This document shows, piece after piece, positions 54,231 to 54,313 of a stretch of DNA of 54,313 bases; positions within the stretch are counted from its first letter, which is position 1; each line of letters starts with the position of its first letter. Position numbers and translations under genes: made by a program. The notes beneath the pieces were generated by a model. It was not told the origin of the DNA, did no database searches, and worked only from the letters and a program-made list of their open reading frames with translations. This stretch comes from an uncultured Erysipelotrichaceae bacterium (GTDB lineage: Bacteria > Bacillota_I > Bacilli_A > RFN20 > DUOF01): positions 1 through 54,313 of the forward strand of contig CAYTZW010000003.1 in NCBI GenBank assembly GCA_964442785.1, written 5' to 3'.

Positions 54231-54313
54231 ATGTAATGATATATTGTTATAAACATAGTTTATTGATGTTTCTTAAAAATTCAGTTTTACACTTTTTTCT
54301 AAGTTAACCTTGA

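Noticed and set aside
1-54313. Mollicute genetic code 4 (UGA = Trp)
   Set aside because: All long conserved proteins (InfB, NusA, FtsK, PepC, YchF, helicase) are uninterrupted under the standard code. Trp positions use TGG (for example, CWIF in PepC). The only tRNA-Trp seen has a CCA anticodon.

Overview
A 54.3 kb, very AT-rich chromosomal segment from a low-GC Bacillota/Mollicutes-like bacterium. It uses the standard code: all conserved proteins are intact with TGA as stop, Trp is TGG, and the tRNA-Trp has a CCA anticodon. Most of the window is housekeeping. This includes rimP-nusA-ylxR-ylxQ-infB-rbfA, ftsK with two M16 peptidases and acpS, ychF, ung, uppP, pepC, an ACP, htrA, a CwlD-like amidase, an OmpR-type two-component pair, and an FMN riboswitch driving an ECF riboflavin S-component. 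The left edge carries a 5'-truncated tyrosine integrase abutting tRNA-Gly(UCC), so an integrative element extends off-window. tRNA-Trp carries a 16-bp duplication of its 3' end plus a flank homologous to the integrase/tRNA-Gly junction, which looks like an integration scar. The most unusual part is a ~12 kb block at 3685-15570 built entirely of atypical genes. On the minus strand it has an orphan 634-aa protein with two R-N-x3-H HEPN motifs (Cas13-like spacing, but no CRISPR array seen) and an NT5C-like nucleotidase. Divergent from these is a tightly coupled five-gene operon. It encodes a J-domain-less DnaJ paralog, a 1139-aa Upf1/Sen1-like SF1B helicase with a large coiled-coil insert, a 263-aa unknown, a membrane-anchored J-like protein with HPD changed to NPL, and an Ig-repeat surface protein. 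I know of no described system with this composition and flag it as the candidate novel system. Its function is inferred only, and linkage of the HEPN/nucleotidase pair to the operon rests on adjacency. Other items worth a look are four exactly 33-bp-phased repeats upstream of a DUF4143-type ATPase, and a 428-bp non-coding module bounded by perfect 21-bp inverted repeats at the right edge. There is also an XRE regulator paired with a doubly degenerate ImmA-like/Fic-like fusion, and an apparent 1-nt frame break at the uppP start. All family assignments come from motif reading by eye; no searches were run.
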